From an uncultured delta proteobacterium (GTDB taxonomy: Bacteria; Myxococcota_A; Polyangia; Polyangiales; JAFGIB01), in assembly GCA_963778655.1 (NCBI GenBank), contig CAVZVA010000005.1:352001-416000 (forward strand): a stretch of 64,000 bases of DNA, read 5' to 3'. The notes under the pieces were generated by a model. The model worked only from the letters and a program-made list of their open reading frames with translations. It was not told the origin of the DNA and searched no databases. Below are positions 22,876-34,017 of the stretch, in pieces (the stretch's first letter is position 1; each line of letters starts with the position of its first letter). The position numbers were made by a program, and so were the translations under genes.

Positions 22876-24015
22876 ATGACGGCTGCTGGAGCGGAGGTTG
22901 ATCCCGCACGGAGCACGGGTGCCGCGGGCAGCGTGCTGCGCGGCTCGACCGCGAGCGAGGGCTCGACTGCCTCGCAGCCGCCGGCGCAGTCCGGCGCGCA
23001 GCAGGCCGCGCCGCTGCGCAAACGACCGCTGCGCGGGCGCGCGGTCGCCGTGACCGGCGCGAGCACGTTTCTGGGGCGGAACCTGATCGGTCTGCTCGAG
23101 GAAGACGACACGGTCGGGCGCATCGTCGTGCTGGATCTCAAGAACCCCACCAGCGCGGGGCCCAAGACCGTGTTCTACGAGGTCGACCTGACCCAGAACG
23201 CAGTCGAATCGCGCATCGCGGAGATCCTCCACGCCGACCAGGTCGACACCGTGGTGCACCTGGCGTTCGCGGCCAATCCCACCCAGGCCACGGCCTGGGC
23301 GCACGAGCTGGAGAGCGTCGGCACCATGCACCTGCTGTCGGCGTGCCGCAAGCACCGGCTGCGCAAGCTGGTGGTGCGCTCGACCGTGCTGGTGTACGGA
23401 CCGCATCCGGGCAACCCCAATTTCCTGACCGAGGACCACGCGCTGCATGGCCTCAGCGGCTCGCACTTCGTCGACGACAAGATCGAGGTCGAGCAGCAGG
23501 CGCGAGCCTTCGGCGAGGAGCAGTCCGGTTGCTGCGTGATGGTGCTGCGCTTCGCGCCCATCCTCGGGCCTACGATGGACAACTACGTGGCGCGCTGGCT
23601 GTCGCGCAGGCTGGTCCCGACCGTGATGGGTCACGACCCGTTGGTGCAGTTTCTGCACGAGGTCGACGCAGTGGCCGCGCTCAAGCTGGCGGTCGATCGC
23701 GACGTGGCGGGCGCCTTCAACATCGTGGGCGAGGGCGTGCTGCCGATCTCGACCGTGGTCAAGCTCGCCGGGCGCATCGGGCTGCCACTGCCGTATCCGC
23801 TGTTCCGGAGGCTGGCGGCGCTGCTGTGGGTGGCGCAGCTCAGCGAGGCGCCGCCGGCGTTCGTCGCGGCGCTGCGCTACCTGTGCGTGGCCGATGGCGT
23901 GCACGCTCGCCGTGCGCTCGGTTTCCGCGCGGTGTACTCGAGCCGCGACGCGGTGCTCGATTTCGAGGGCGCGCTGCGTTTGCGCGAGGCTAGACTGTTG
24001 CACGAGGCGTCATGA
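22876..24015 (+). CDS. NAD-dependent epimerase/dehydratase (extended SDR)
   Basis: VTGASTFLG, VVHLAF, QFLHEVD, FNIVG; start uncertain. Confidence 0.85.
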   Translation: MTAAGAEVDPARSTGAAGSVLRGSTASEGSTASQPPAQSGAQQAAPLRKRPLRGRAVAVTGASTFLGRNLIGLLEEDDTVGRIVVLDLKNPTSAGPKTVFYEVDLTQNAVESRIAEILHADQVDTVVHLAFAANPTQATAWAHELESVGTMHLLSACRKHRLRKLVVRSTVLVYGPHPGNPNFLTEDHALHGLSGSHFVDDKIEVEQQARAFGEEQSGCCVMVLRFAPILGPTMDNYVARWLSRRLVPTVMGHDPLVQFLHEVDAVAALKLAVDRDVAGAFNIVGEGVLPISTVVKLAGRIGLPLPYPLFRRLAALLWVAQLSEAPPAFVAALRYLCVADGVHARRALGFRAVYSSRDAVLDFEGALRLREARLLHEAS

Positions 24016-24106
24016 GGCAGCGCGCAGCTGGATCCGCCGAGCTCGAGGGGCGCCGCGCCGTAGCGCGACGCGGGTCCCTACACGAGCCCGGGCGCAGGGG
24101 GGTGCG

Positions 24107-25357
24107 ATGAGCGCGGGCGAGCTCGAGAGCGCCAAGCGCAAGCGTCCTGCGGCGCGCGCCGCGGTGCGGCGGGAGCCGCTTGCCGCGCCGGCGGGCGTGG
24201 ACGCCGGCCCGGCGCCCGGCGTCCACGGCGCGGCGCCGGGCCAGAGCAGCGGCCGCCGGGTTTCGGCGCGTGCCGCGCGGGCGTCGGGCGCGCGTCCCGC
24301 CCCCGCGCCTTCTTCGTCACCGTCTTCCGGAAGCGACGCACCGCTGCACGACATGGAGCGCGATCTGGCCGGCCTGCTGCACGACATCGAAGGCGCCGAC
24401 GGCGACGCCGAGGCCCGCCGCCGCGCGGCCGACGCCATCGGTCGTATCGCTGCGCGCCTGTATCCAGAGCCTACGGTGAGCGCGCCGCGCGACGACAGCT
24501 TGCTGGGCACGGCGCGCCAGCTGTTGTCCTCGGATTACTACGTGAGGCGTCTGGGCCGGCTCGGCCTTCGTGGTCGTTCCGAGCGCGTCGACGATTTCGG
24601 CCTCGATCCGACCTACGAAGCGCGCGTCCAACCGCTGCTGGACGCGCTCTACGAGCGCTATTTCCGCGTGCAGGTGCAGGGCGCGGCGCACGTGCCGGAG
24701 CAGGGCGCGGCGCTGCTGGTGTGCAACCACGGCGGCACGCTGCCGTGGGACGGCGTGATGCTGAAGACAGCGCTGCGCCACAGCTCGCCCTCGGGTCGCG
24801 CGCTGCGCTGGCTGACCGACGACTTCGTGTTTCACTCGCCGTTTCTGGGCGCGTGGCTCAACCGGGTGGGCGCGGTGCGCGCCTGTCCGGAGAACGCGGA
24901 GCGGCTGCTCGCGCGCGGCGAGCTGCTGGCGGTCTTCCCCGAGGGGGTCAAGGGCATCGGCAAGCCGTACCGCGAGCGCTATCAGCTGCAGCGCTTCGGG
25001 CGCGGCGGCCACGTCAAGCTCGCGCTGCGACTTTCGGTGCCGCTGATTCCGCTGGCGATCGTGGGCGCGGAGGAGAGCTATCCGCTGCTGTACAAGGTGC
25101 GCGCCTTCTCCAAGCTGCTGGGCGTACCCTTCATCCCGGTGACGCCGCTGTTTCCGTGGTTGGGTCCGCTCGGTCTGGTGCCGCTGCCCAGCCGCTGGCA
25201 GATCGTGATCGGCGAGCCGATGCGCGAGCTCGAGGGCCTGGGCGCGCGCGCGGCTGAGGACAGCGTGCTGGTCAACGAGCTCAACGGTCAGCTGCGCGCC
25301 CGCGTGCAGGCCTTGGTCGACGATGCCCTGCGCGCCCGCGGTCCCGCCTTCCTGTAG
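24107..25357 (+). CDS. Lysophospholipid/glycerol acyltransferase (PlsC family)
   Basis: NHGGTLPWD, VFPEG, FGRGG, PLAIVGAEE, DDFGLDP. Confidence 0.9.
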   Translation: MSAGELESAKRKRPAARAAVRREPLAAPAGVDAGPAPGVHGAAPGQSSGRRVSARAARASGARPAPAPSSSPSSGSDAPLHDMERDLAGLLHDIEGADGDAEARRRAADAIGRIAARLYPEPTVSAPRDDSLLGTARQLLSSDYYVRRLGRLGLRGRSERVDDFGLDPTYEARVQPLLDALYERYFRVQVQGAAHVPEQGAALLVCNHGGTLPWDGVMLKTALRHSSPSGRALRWLTDDFVFHSPFLGAWLNRVGAVRACPENAERLLARGELLAVFPEGVKGIGKPYRERYQLQRFGRGGHVKLALRLSVPLIPLAIVGAEESYPLLYKVRAFSKLLGVPFIPVTPLFPWLGPLGLVPLPSRWQIVIGEPMRELEGLGARAAEDSVLVNELNGQLRARVQALVDDALRARGPAFL

Positions 25358-25390
25358 GCGCCGGTCGTCGGGGCGAATCGGGGCATGAAA

Positions 25391-25492
25391 CAACAGGAAG
25401 ACGGGAAGGCGGGAGGAGCCTTGTGTGTTCTTGTCGCAGACCTGGGGCCGGTTTCGGGCTCAAATCGCACCTCTTCCCGCCTTCCTGTGATC
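25391..25492. repeat. Palindromic REP-like element, copy 3
   Basis: caacaggaagacgggaaggcgggagg...cctcttcccgccttcctgtgatc. Confidence 0.9.
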
Positions 25493-25555
25493 TCGAATAT
25501 GTTGCGCGCGCCCCTTTCTTGACGCTCGCGCGTGCGGGTCGCTAGCGTCCGGGCG

Positions 25556-26845
25556 ATGCCGGCCGCCCGCCGCCGCGCCTTTGCCATGCTGTTGATCGGG
25601 GCCGCGCTGTCCGGCTCGCTGATCGCGCTGGCGGCTCCCGGCGGCACCCGCGCGCCCGCAGCGGCGCCCAGGGCGCTCGAGCAGGCCTCGGCGTTGGCGA
25701 TCGGTCGCGCCGCGGCCAGCCAGTCACCCACAGAGGGCTTCGACCCGCTGGCTCAGCGCCTCGACGGCGACATGCTGGTCTCGGACCTGCCCGGCGGCCG
25801 CCGGGCCGAGCTCACGCTCGAGCCGGGGTTGCAGGCGCATCTGCTCAAGGTGCTGCGCGACTATGACGTGCCCTTCGGCGCGATCGTGGCGCTCGAGCCC
25901 AAGAGCGGCCGCGTGCTGGCGTATGTGAGCCGCTCCAGCGCCAACCCCCAAGCCGGCGACCTGGCCCGCGACGTCTCGGCGCCGAGCGCCTCGGTCTTCA
26001 AGCTGGTGACGGCGGCAGCGTTGCTCGAGGCCGGGGTCAGCCCGCAGCAGCGCACCTGCTACCACGGCGGCTTTCACAGCGTGAGCCTGGCCAACCTCGA
26101 GGACAATCCCGCGCGCGATCGCCAGTGCGCCACGCTGGAAGAGGCGATCGCACGCTCGCTCAACGTGGTGATAGCCAAGCTGGCCGACCGCAAGCTCGAT
26201 CGCGCCACGCTCGCGCGCTATGCCGATGCGTTCGGCTTCGGACGCGCGCTGCCCTTCGACGTGCCCACCCAGCCGAGCCCGGCCGAGGTGCCCGCGGAAC
26301 GGCTGGAGCTCGCGCGCACCGCCGCCGGCTTCTGGCACATGCACATGTCGCCGCTGCACGGCGCGCTGATCGCGGCGACCATCGCCAACGGCGGCGTGAT
26401 GCCGCGGGCGGCGATGATCGAGCGCGTGCTCGACGCGCAGGGCAAGGTGCTCTACACGCGCGCGCCGGGGCCCACGCGCAACGTGATCGCCGCCGGCACC
26501 GCGCAGACGCTGGCGCAGATGATGCGCGGCACGGTCACGCACGGAACCGCGCACAACGCGTTCTACGACAGGCGCGGGCGTCCGCTGCTGCGCGACATCG
26601 CGGTGGCTGGCAAGACCGGCTCGCTGAGCTCGCAGCAGCCCTACCGCGCCTATTCGTGGTGGGTGGGCTTCGCGCCCGCGGACGCGCCCGAGATCGCGCT
26701 GGCGGCGCTGGTCGTCAACACGCCGCGCTGGCGCATCAAGGGCAGCCACCTCGCGCGCGAGGCCCTGCGCTACCAGTTGATCGAACGCAAGGTCCAGCAA
26801 GCCGCCTCTGCGCTCGCGCCGGTCCCCCCCGCCGCCGCCCCGTAG
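25556..26845 (+). CDS. Penicillin-binding protein consisting of a transpeptidase domain only
   Basis: SVFK (SxxK), SLN (SxN) and KTG motifs; N-terminal hydrophobic anchor. Confidence 0.9.
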   Translation: MPAARRRAFAMLLIGAALSGSLIALAAPGGTRAPAAAPRALEQASALAIGRAAASQSPTEGFDPLAQRLDGDMLVSDLPGGRRAELTLEPGLQAHLLKVLRDYDVPFGAIVALEPKSGRVLAYVSRSSANPQAGDLARDVSAPSASVFKLVTAAALLEAGVSPQQRTCYHGGFHSVSLANLEDNPARDRQCATLEEAIARSLNVVIAKLADRKLDRATLARYADAFGFGRALPFDVPTQPSPAEVPAERLELARTAAGFWHMHMSPLHGALIAATIANGGVMPRAAMIERVLDAQGKVLYTRAPGPTRNVIAAGTAQTLAQMMRGTVTHGTAHNAFYDRRGRPLLRDIAVAGKTGSLSSQQPYRAYSWWVGFAPADAPEIALAALVVNTPRWRIKGSHLAREALRYQLIERKVQQAASALAPVPPAAAP

Positions 26846-26870
26846 CTCGCACGGGATTGGGAAGTTTCGA

Positions 26871-26936
26871 GATTCAACAGGAAGACGGCAAGGCGGAAAG
26901 AGGGAATTTGTTCTGACTTCCCGTCTTGCTGTGATC
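26871..26936. repeat. Palindromic REP-like element, copy 4
   Basis: gattcaacaggaagacggcaaggcggaaag...cttcccgtcttgctgtgatc. Confidence 0.9.
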
Positions 26937-26947
26937 TCTGGATCCGT

Positions 26948-27991
26948 TCACCCCAGCGCCTGGCGCGCTGCTTCGACCGTGAGCAGGCCGGCGCCGACCA
27001 GCTGGCGCATATGCATCTCGAAGGTCTGCATACCGTAAGGGTGCACGCCGCGCTCCATCACTTCCTTGAGCGGCGTGTTGCCCTCGGGCTTGCGAATCGA
27101 CTCGCGCGCGGTGCCGGTGACCACCAGCGCCTCGCACGCCAGCACGCGGCCCTCGCCGCTGGCCGCCGGCAGCAGGCGCTGCGCCATCACGCCCTTGAGG
27201 TTGTCGGCCAGCCGCTCGCGCACGTCGGCCGGGTCGGAGTTCGTGGCCAGCGACACCACGCGCCCGATCGTGCGTGCCACGTCCGGCGTGTGCAGCGTCG
27301 CCAGCACCAGGTGGCCGGTCTCGGCGGCCTTGAGCGCGATGTCCATGGTCTCTTCGTCGCGCACCTCGCCCAGCAGGATCACGTCCGGGTCCTGGCGCAG
27401 CGCCGAGCGCAACGCGGTGGCGAAATCCGGCGTATCCAGGCCAATCTCGCGCTGCGACACGGTGGCCAGCATGTCCTGGTGCAGGAACTCGATCGGATCC
27501 TCGATGGTGACGATGTGCACGCGCTGATTCTGGTTGAGGTGTCCGATCATGGAGGCCAGCGTCGAGGACTTGCCGTTGCCGGCGGCGCCCACCACCAGCA
27601 CCAGGCCACGCTCGAGCTCGCACAGCGAGCGCGCGACCGGCGGCAGCCCGAGCTGCTCGAAGCTCGGGATCTGCAGCGGGATGCTGCGCAGCGCCAGCGC
27701 CAGCGTGCCGCGCTGGCGGTATACGTTGACGCGGTAGCGGCCGACCCCAGACACCGTGTAGGCGGTGTCGTGCTCCATCAGCTCCGAGAGCTCTCCGCGG
27801 TGGCGGTGGGTCTGGCGCAGCACGATTTCCGCCAGCGCCTGGGTGTGCTCCGGCCGCAGCTTTTCGCCCTGCAAATAGTGCAGCGCGCCCGAGACGCGGA
27901 ACGCCGGCGGCTGGCCGACCTTGAACAGCGCGTCGCTCGCCTTGTACTTGGCGCCGCGCAGCAACAGATCGTGAAAGGTCGCCTCGTCCAT
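26948..27991 (-). CDS. PilT/PilU-family type IV pilus ATPase paralog
   Basis: GAAGNGKSST Walker A, TIEDPIE, QREIG, ALRQDPD, ETGHLV..TLHT, GMQTF. Confidence 0.93.
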   Translation of the reverse strand: MDEATFHDLLLRGAKYKASDALFKVGQPPAFRVSGALHYLQGEKLRPEHTQALAEIVLRQTHRHRGELSELMEHDTAYTVSGVGRYRVNVYRQRGTLALALRSIPLQIPSFEQLGLPPVARSLCELERGLVLVVGAAGNGKSSTLASMIGHLNQNQRVHIVTIEDPIEFLHQDMLATVSQREIGLDTPDFATALRSALRQDPDVILLGEVRDEETMDIALKAAETGHLVLATLHTPDVARTIGRVVSLATNSDPADVRERLADNLKGVMAQRLLPAASGEGRVLACEALVVTGTARESIRKPEGNTPLKEVMERGVHPYGMQTFEMHMRQLVGAGLLTVEAARQALG

Positions 27992-28065
27992 GGGGTCGCG
28001 CCCGCCCAAGTATATGCGAGTGGCGCAGCGGCCGTCACCGCCTCGTTGGCAGTGGCCCCGAGGGC

Positions 28066-28120
28066 GATTCAACGGGAAGACGGGAAGAGGAAATGGACTC
28101 GGGCTTCCGTCTTCCTGTGA
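28066..28120. repeat. Palindromic REP-like element, copy 5
   Basis: gattcaacgggaagacgggaag...cttccgtcttcctgtga. Confidence 0.9.
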
Positions 28121-28157
28121 GCTTCGGTGATCCTGCCCGAGGCGGGACTGGCGCCCC

Positions 28158-29075
28158 TCACTTGTCCTTTTCGCGGACCACGAACGTGTTCATGTGCTCC
28201 TGGTCCTCGAACTTGTGGCGGTAGGCTTCGGCCTGCTCGTGCGTCTTGAACGGGCCGATGCGCACGCGCCAGTAGCGCCCCCGGTCCGGCACGTCGGCGG
28301 CGACCACGAACGCCATGTGGCCCTTGGCGCGCAGCCCCTCGGCGAAGGCGCGCGAGGGCTCGGGCTTGTCGAAGCTCACCACCTGCAGCGTGTACTCACC
28401 CTCGTGCCCGTGCGGCGCCGCGGGCTTGGGATCGTCGTTGTGGATGGCCGCGGCCACCAGCGGGTCGTGCTCGACCACCTTGCGCAGGCTGCGCGCGCCC
28501 GAGCCCGCCGCCAGCGCGGCCGGGATGTTGGCGACCATCTCCTCCTCGGTGACGCTGTCGGCCGAGGCGGCCGGCGCCGGGGGCTCCGCGTCCCGGCCTG
28601 TGGCGGGGGCCTGCGCTTGCGCGAGCTCGCCCTGGTCGGCCTCGCCAGCTGCCGGCGCGGCCGGTTGGGCGGCTGCCGGTACGGCTGCCTGCGCCACGGG
28701 CGCCTCGTCGGCCGCGCCGGTGCTCGGCGCAAGCGCGGCCTCCTCGGCCGCGGCGGCCTTGAGCGCGGCCAGCACTTCGGGGCGGTCTTCATCTTCGGCC
28801 AGCGCGTTGGGGAAGGTGAGGTCGGCGGCCTCGACCGTGGGTGCCGGCGCGTGCGCCTGCTTCGGCGCGCTGTCCGCGGTCTTGAGCTGCTCGAGCTTGG
28901 CCAGCGGGTCGTCGACCGGCGCGGGCGCCTGCGCGGCACGTCCGACCACCACGCCGAGCGCCAGGGTCAGCCCCACGATTGCGGCGGCGGCCATCAGCAT
29001 CGTGCCCAGGCGGCGGGCGCGGTCATCGCCTTCGTCTTCCTGGATCTGGTCCAGATCTCGTACGCAGTTGTCCAT
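28158..29075 (-). CDS. SPOR-domain membrane protein (FtsN/DedD-like)
   Basis: N-terminal TM, Ala/Pro linker, YTLQVVSF...A..L..KG...WRVRIGPF SPOR motif. Confidence 0.9.
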   Translation of the reverse strand: MDNCVRDLDQIQEDEGDDRARRLGTMLMAAAAIVGLTLALGVVVGRAAQAPAPVDDPLAKLEQLKTADSAPKQAHAPAPTVEAADLTFPNALAEDEDRPEVLAALKAAAAEEAALAPSTGAADEAPVAQAAVPAAAQPAAPAAGEADQGELAQAQAPATGRDAEPPAPAASADSVTEEEMVANIPAALAAGSGARSLRKVVEHDPLVAAAIHNDDPKPAAPHGHEGEYTLQVVSFDKPEPSRAFAEGLRAKGHMAFVVAADVPDRGRYWRVRIGPFKTHEQAEAYRHKFEDQEHMNTFVVREKDK

Positions 29076-29184
29076 GACCGCCTCCGCGTGTCGCTGAATC
29101 TGCGCAGGGACGCGCGAAGGGGTCAAAAAAGCTGCCGGCCTGAGCGCGCGTGCCGCGCCGCAGCGCTTGGCGGCCGCGCGCCCG

Positions 29185-29532
29185 CTACTTCGGCACGCTG
29201 AGCATGCGTGGGGCCGGGGTCTCGAAGAACTGCCACACGCGGATCGAATCGCCGGAGTGCGCGGCGATCTGGGCCTGGAAGCGGCAGCTTTGGTCGCAGC
29301 CCGTGTCCGGGCTGGTCACGATCAGCCCCTGCAGGGTGGCTTCGTTCAGGACGCCGACCGAGGCGCCCTCCTCGGCGTGGCCCTTGACCAGGACCAAACC
29401 CTCGGCATCGGGAGCGACCAGCGGGTCCACGTCGGGAGGCGGCAAGGGCAGGGTGCGGGTCGTGCAGCCCGCCAGCTGAAGCGCAAGCCCCAGCAGCGCC
29501 AGCGATCCTCCTAGCGATGCTCTGCTGACCAT
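29185..29532 (-). CDS. Small lipoprotein
   Basis: LAGC lipobox, then TLPLPPP and an Ig-like beta-rich segment; GGAG RBS. Confidence 0.75.
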   Translation of the reverse strand: MVSRASLGGSLALLGLALQLAGCTTRTLPLPPPDVDPLVAPDAEGLVLVKGHAEEGASVGVLNEATLQGLIVTSPDTGCDQSCRFQAQIAAHSGDSIRVWQFFETPAPRMLSVPK

Positions 29533-29574
29533 TCAGACGCTCCTGTCCGGCCGTTGATCACGCAAGTCTGATGC

Positions 29575-29719
29575 CACCCCCAGGGAGTCGGGCTGAGGGC
29601 TCAGATTGTTCAGGAATTCAGCACGCCCGGGGTCCGGGCACAACCCCGGACCTTGCAACCCGGTTGACCGCCTCGCCAACAAGGTTGGCGCCTCCAGGTC
29701 CGTGCCAGGCTGGGGGCCC
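29575..29719 (-). ncRNA. Candidate structured RNA or 5' leader (family unknown)
   Basis: Closing stem cccccag/ctggggg; inner hairpins cgccaac/gttggcg and ggtccggg/cccggacc; enclosing stem gcacg/cgtgc; G-U extensions work on the minus strand. Confidence 0.45.
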
Positions 29720-29956
29720 ATGTGGTAGCTTGCGCCGCACCTGCGCTGCAGGGGCACCTAGCCCATCAGCTCGTAAGTCCGTTCCGGCCTTCCGAACCGA
29801 TGCTCCCTAGGTCCTGTTGTTATCGGGGGCGGCATGCGCTGCCCCCGCCCCCGCCCACCGCGGCAAGGCCGCGTGGGCCCCACCCCACGCGAACTTCCTC
29901 TCGAGCAGCACCGCTGCGACAACCCGGAACGAGCTTCCGATCTGCGGTAGTAGCCT

Positions 29957-32563
<2,607 letters not shown>

Positions 32564-32628
32564 CCCTCGCGCAACGAGGCGGCGAGGCCCGGCGCCGCGC
32601 GCGCGAGCGTGCTATCGTAGCGGCCGTC

Positions 32629-33222
32629 ATGGGCCGCCACGCCAAGCTCGAGCGCAAGACGCGCGAGACCCAGATCCGCGTCGAGGTCGATCTCGACGGC
32701 AGCGGGCAACACCGCATCGACACGCCGCTGCCTTTCCTCAGCCACATGCTCGACCAGCTCGGCCGCCACGGCATGCTCGACCTGACGGTGCAGGCCAGCG
32801 GCGATGTCGAGATCGACGGCCACCACACCACCGAGGACATCGGGATCGCGATCGGCCAGGCGGTGGCGCAAGCGCTGGGCGACCGCGCGGGGATTCGCCG
32901 CTACGGCTCGGCCACGCTGCCGATGGACGAGGCGTGCGTGACCTGCGCGCTCGACCTCTCGGGGCGCCCGTACTTCGTGTGGCGCGTGGCGCTGCCCAAG
33001 GCCAAGCTCGGGGAGTTCGACAGCGAGCTCGCGGAGGTGTTCTTCGAAGGCTTCGCGCGCGGCGCGGGCTGCAACCTGCACCTGCACCTGATCGAGGGGC
33101 ACGTGCTGCACCACATCATCGAGATCTGCTTCAAGGCCCTGGCGCGGGCGCTGCGCCAGGCGGTGGAGCTCGAGCCGCGCTCTTCGGCCGTGCCCTCGAC
33201 CAAGGGCACGCTGGTCGAGTAG
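32629..33222 (+). CDS. hisB: Imidazoleglycerol-phosphate dehydratase
   Basis: RKTRETQI, HHTTED, PMDEA, DLSGRP, HHIIE, PSTKG. Confidence 0.97.
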   Translation: MGRHAKLERKTRETQIRVEVDLDGSGQHRIDTPLPFLSHMLDQLGRHGMLDLTVQASGDVEIDGHHTTEDIGIAIGQAVAQALGDRAGIRRYGSATLPMDEACVTCALDLSGRPYFVWRVALPKAKLGEFDSELAEVFFEGFARGAGCNLHLHLIEGHVLHHIIEICFKALARALRQAVELEPRSSAVPSTKGTLVE

Positions 33223-33229
33223 GTAGGCC

Positions 33230-33970
33230 GTGGAGCTGATTCCCGCCATCGACCTGCTCGGCGGCAAGGTGGTGCGCCTGCGCAAGGGCGACTACGCGGC
33301 GGTCACCGTCTACTCGGACGACCCCGCGGGCCAGGCACGGGGCTTTTGGGAGCAGGGCGCGCGACGCCTGCACGTGGTCGACCTCGACGGCGCGCGCGAT
33401 GGCAAGGCAGGCAACGCCGAGGCGATCGCGGCCATCCTGCAGGCGGCCCCGCTGCAGCTGCAGGTGGGCGGCGGCATCCGTGACCGCGCGGGCGCGGAGC
33501 GCTGGCTGCAGGCCGGCGTGGCGCGGGTCGTGCTCGGCACCGCGGCGATCAAGCAGCCGGAGCTGGTGCAGGCGTTGTGCGCTGCCCACCCGGGCTGCGT
33601 GATCGTGGCGGTCGACGAGCGCGACGGCGAGGTCGCGGTGGAGGGCTGGCTGCAAGGCAGCGGCCGCAGCGCGCTCTCGCTCGCCCGCCAGGTCGACGCC
33701 TGGGGCGCGGCCGCGATTCTTCACACCGTGATCGATCGCGATGGCACCAATCAGGGGCCCGATGTGGGGGCGACGGCCGCACTACAGGCCGAGGTGGCCG
33801 CGACCGTGATTGCCTCGGGCGGCATCGGCAGCCTCGAGCACGTCCGCGCGCTGGCAGCCGCCGGCGTGCGGGCCGCGGTGTGCGGCCGCGCGCTCTACAG
33901 CGGCGCGTTCAGCCTCAGCGACGCGCTGGCGGCCGCCGGCGCGGGCTCGGCGGCGCCGCCGAGTCGATGA
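33230..33970 (+). CDS. hisA: ProFAR isomerase
   Basis: IPAIDL, VVRL.KG, LHVVDLDGA, QVGGGIR, RDGT, IASGG. Confidence 0.95.
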   Translation: MELIPAIDLLGGKVVRLRKGDYAAVTVYSDDPAGQARGFWEQGARRLHVVDLDGARDGKAGNAEAIAAILQAAPLQLQVGGGIRDRAGAERWLQAGVARVVLGTAAIKQPELVQALCAAHPGCVIVAVDERDGEVAVEGWLQGSGRSALSLARQVDAWGAAAILHTVIDRDGTNQGPDVGATAALQAEVAATVIASGGIGSLEHVRALAAAGVRAAVCGRALYSGAFSLSDALAAAGAGSAAPPSR

Positions 33971-34017
33971 ACTCGCGCGCGAGTTTCGTGATACTTCTGA
34001 GCGCTCTCTGATCCAGC

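Noticed and set aside
29575..29719. 6S RNA, SRP RNA, tmRNA or retron msr-msd identity
   Set aside because: No SRP GGAAG loop, no tRNA-like CCA end, multibranched rather than a 6S rod, and no reverse transcriptase nearby; kept only as an unknown candidate.
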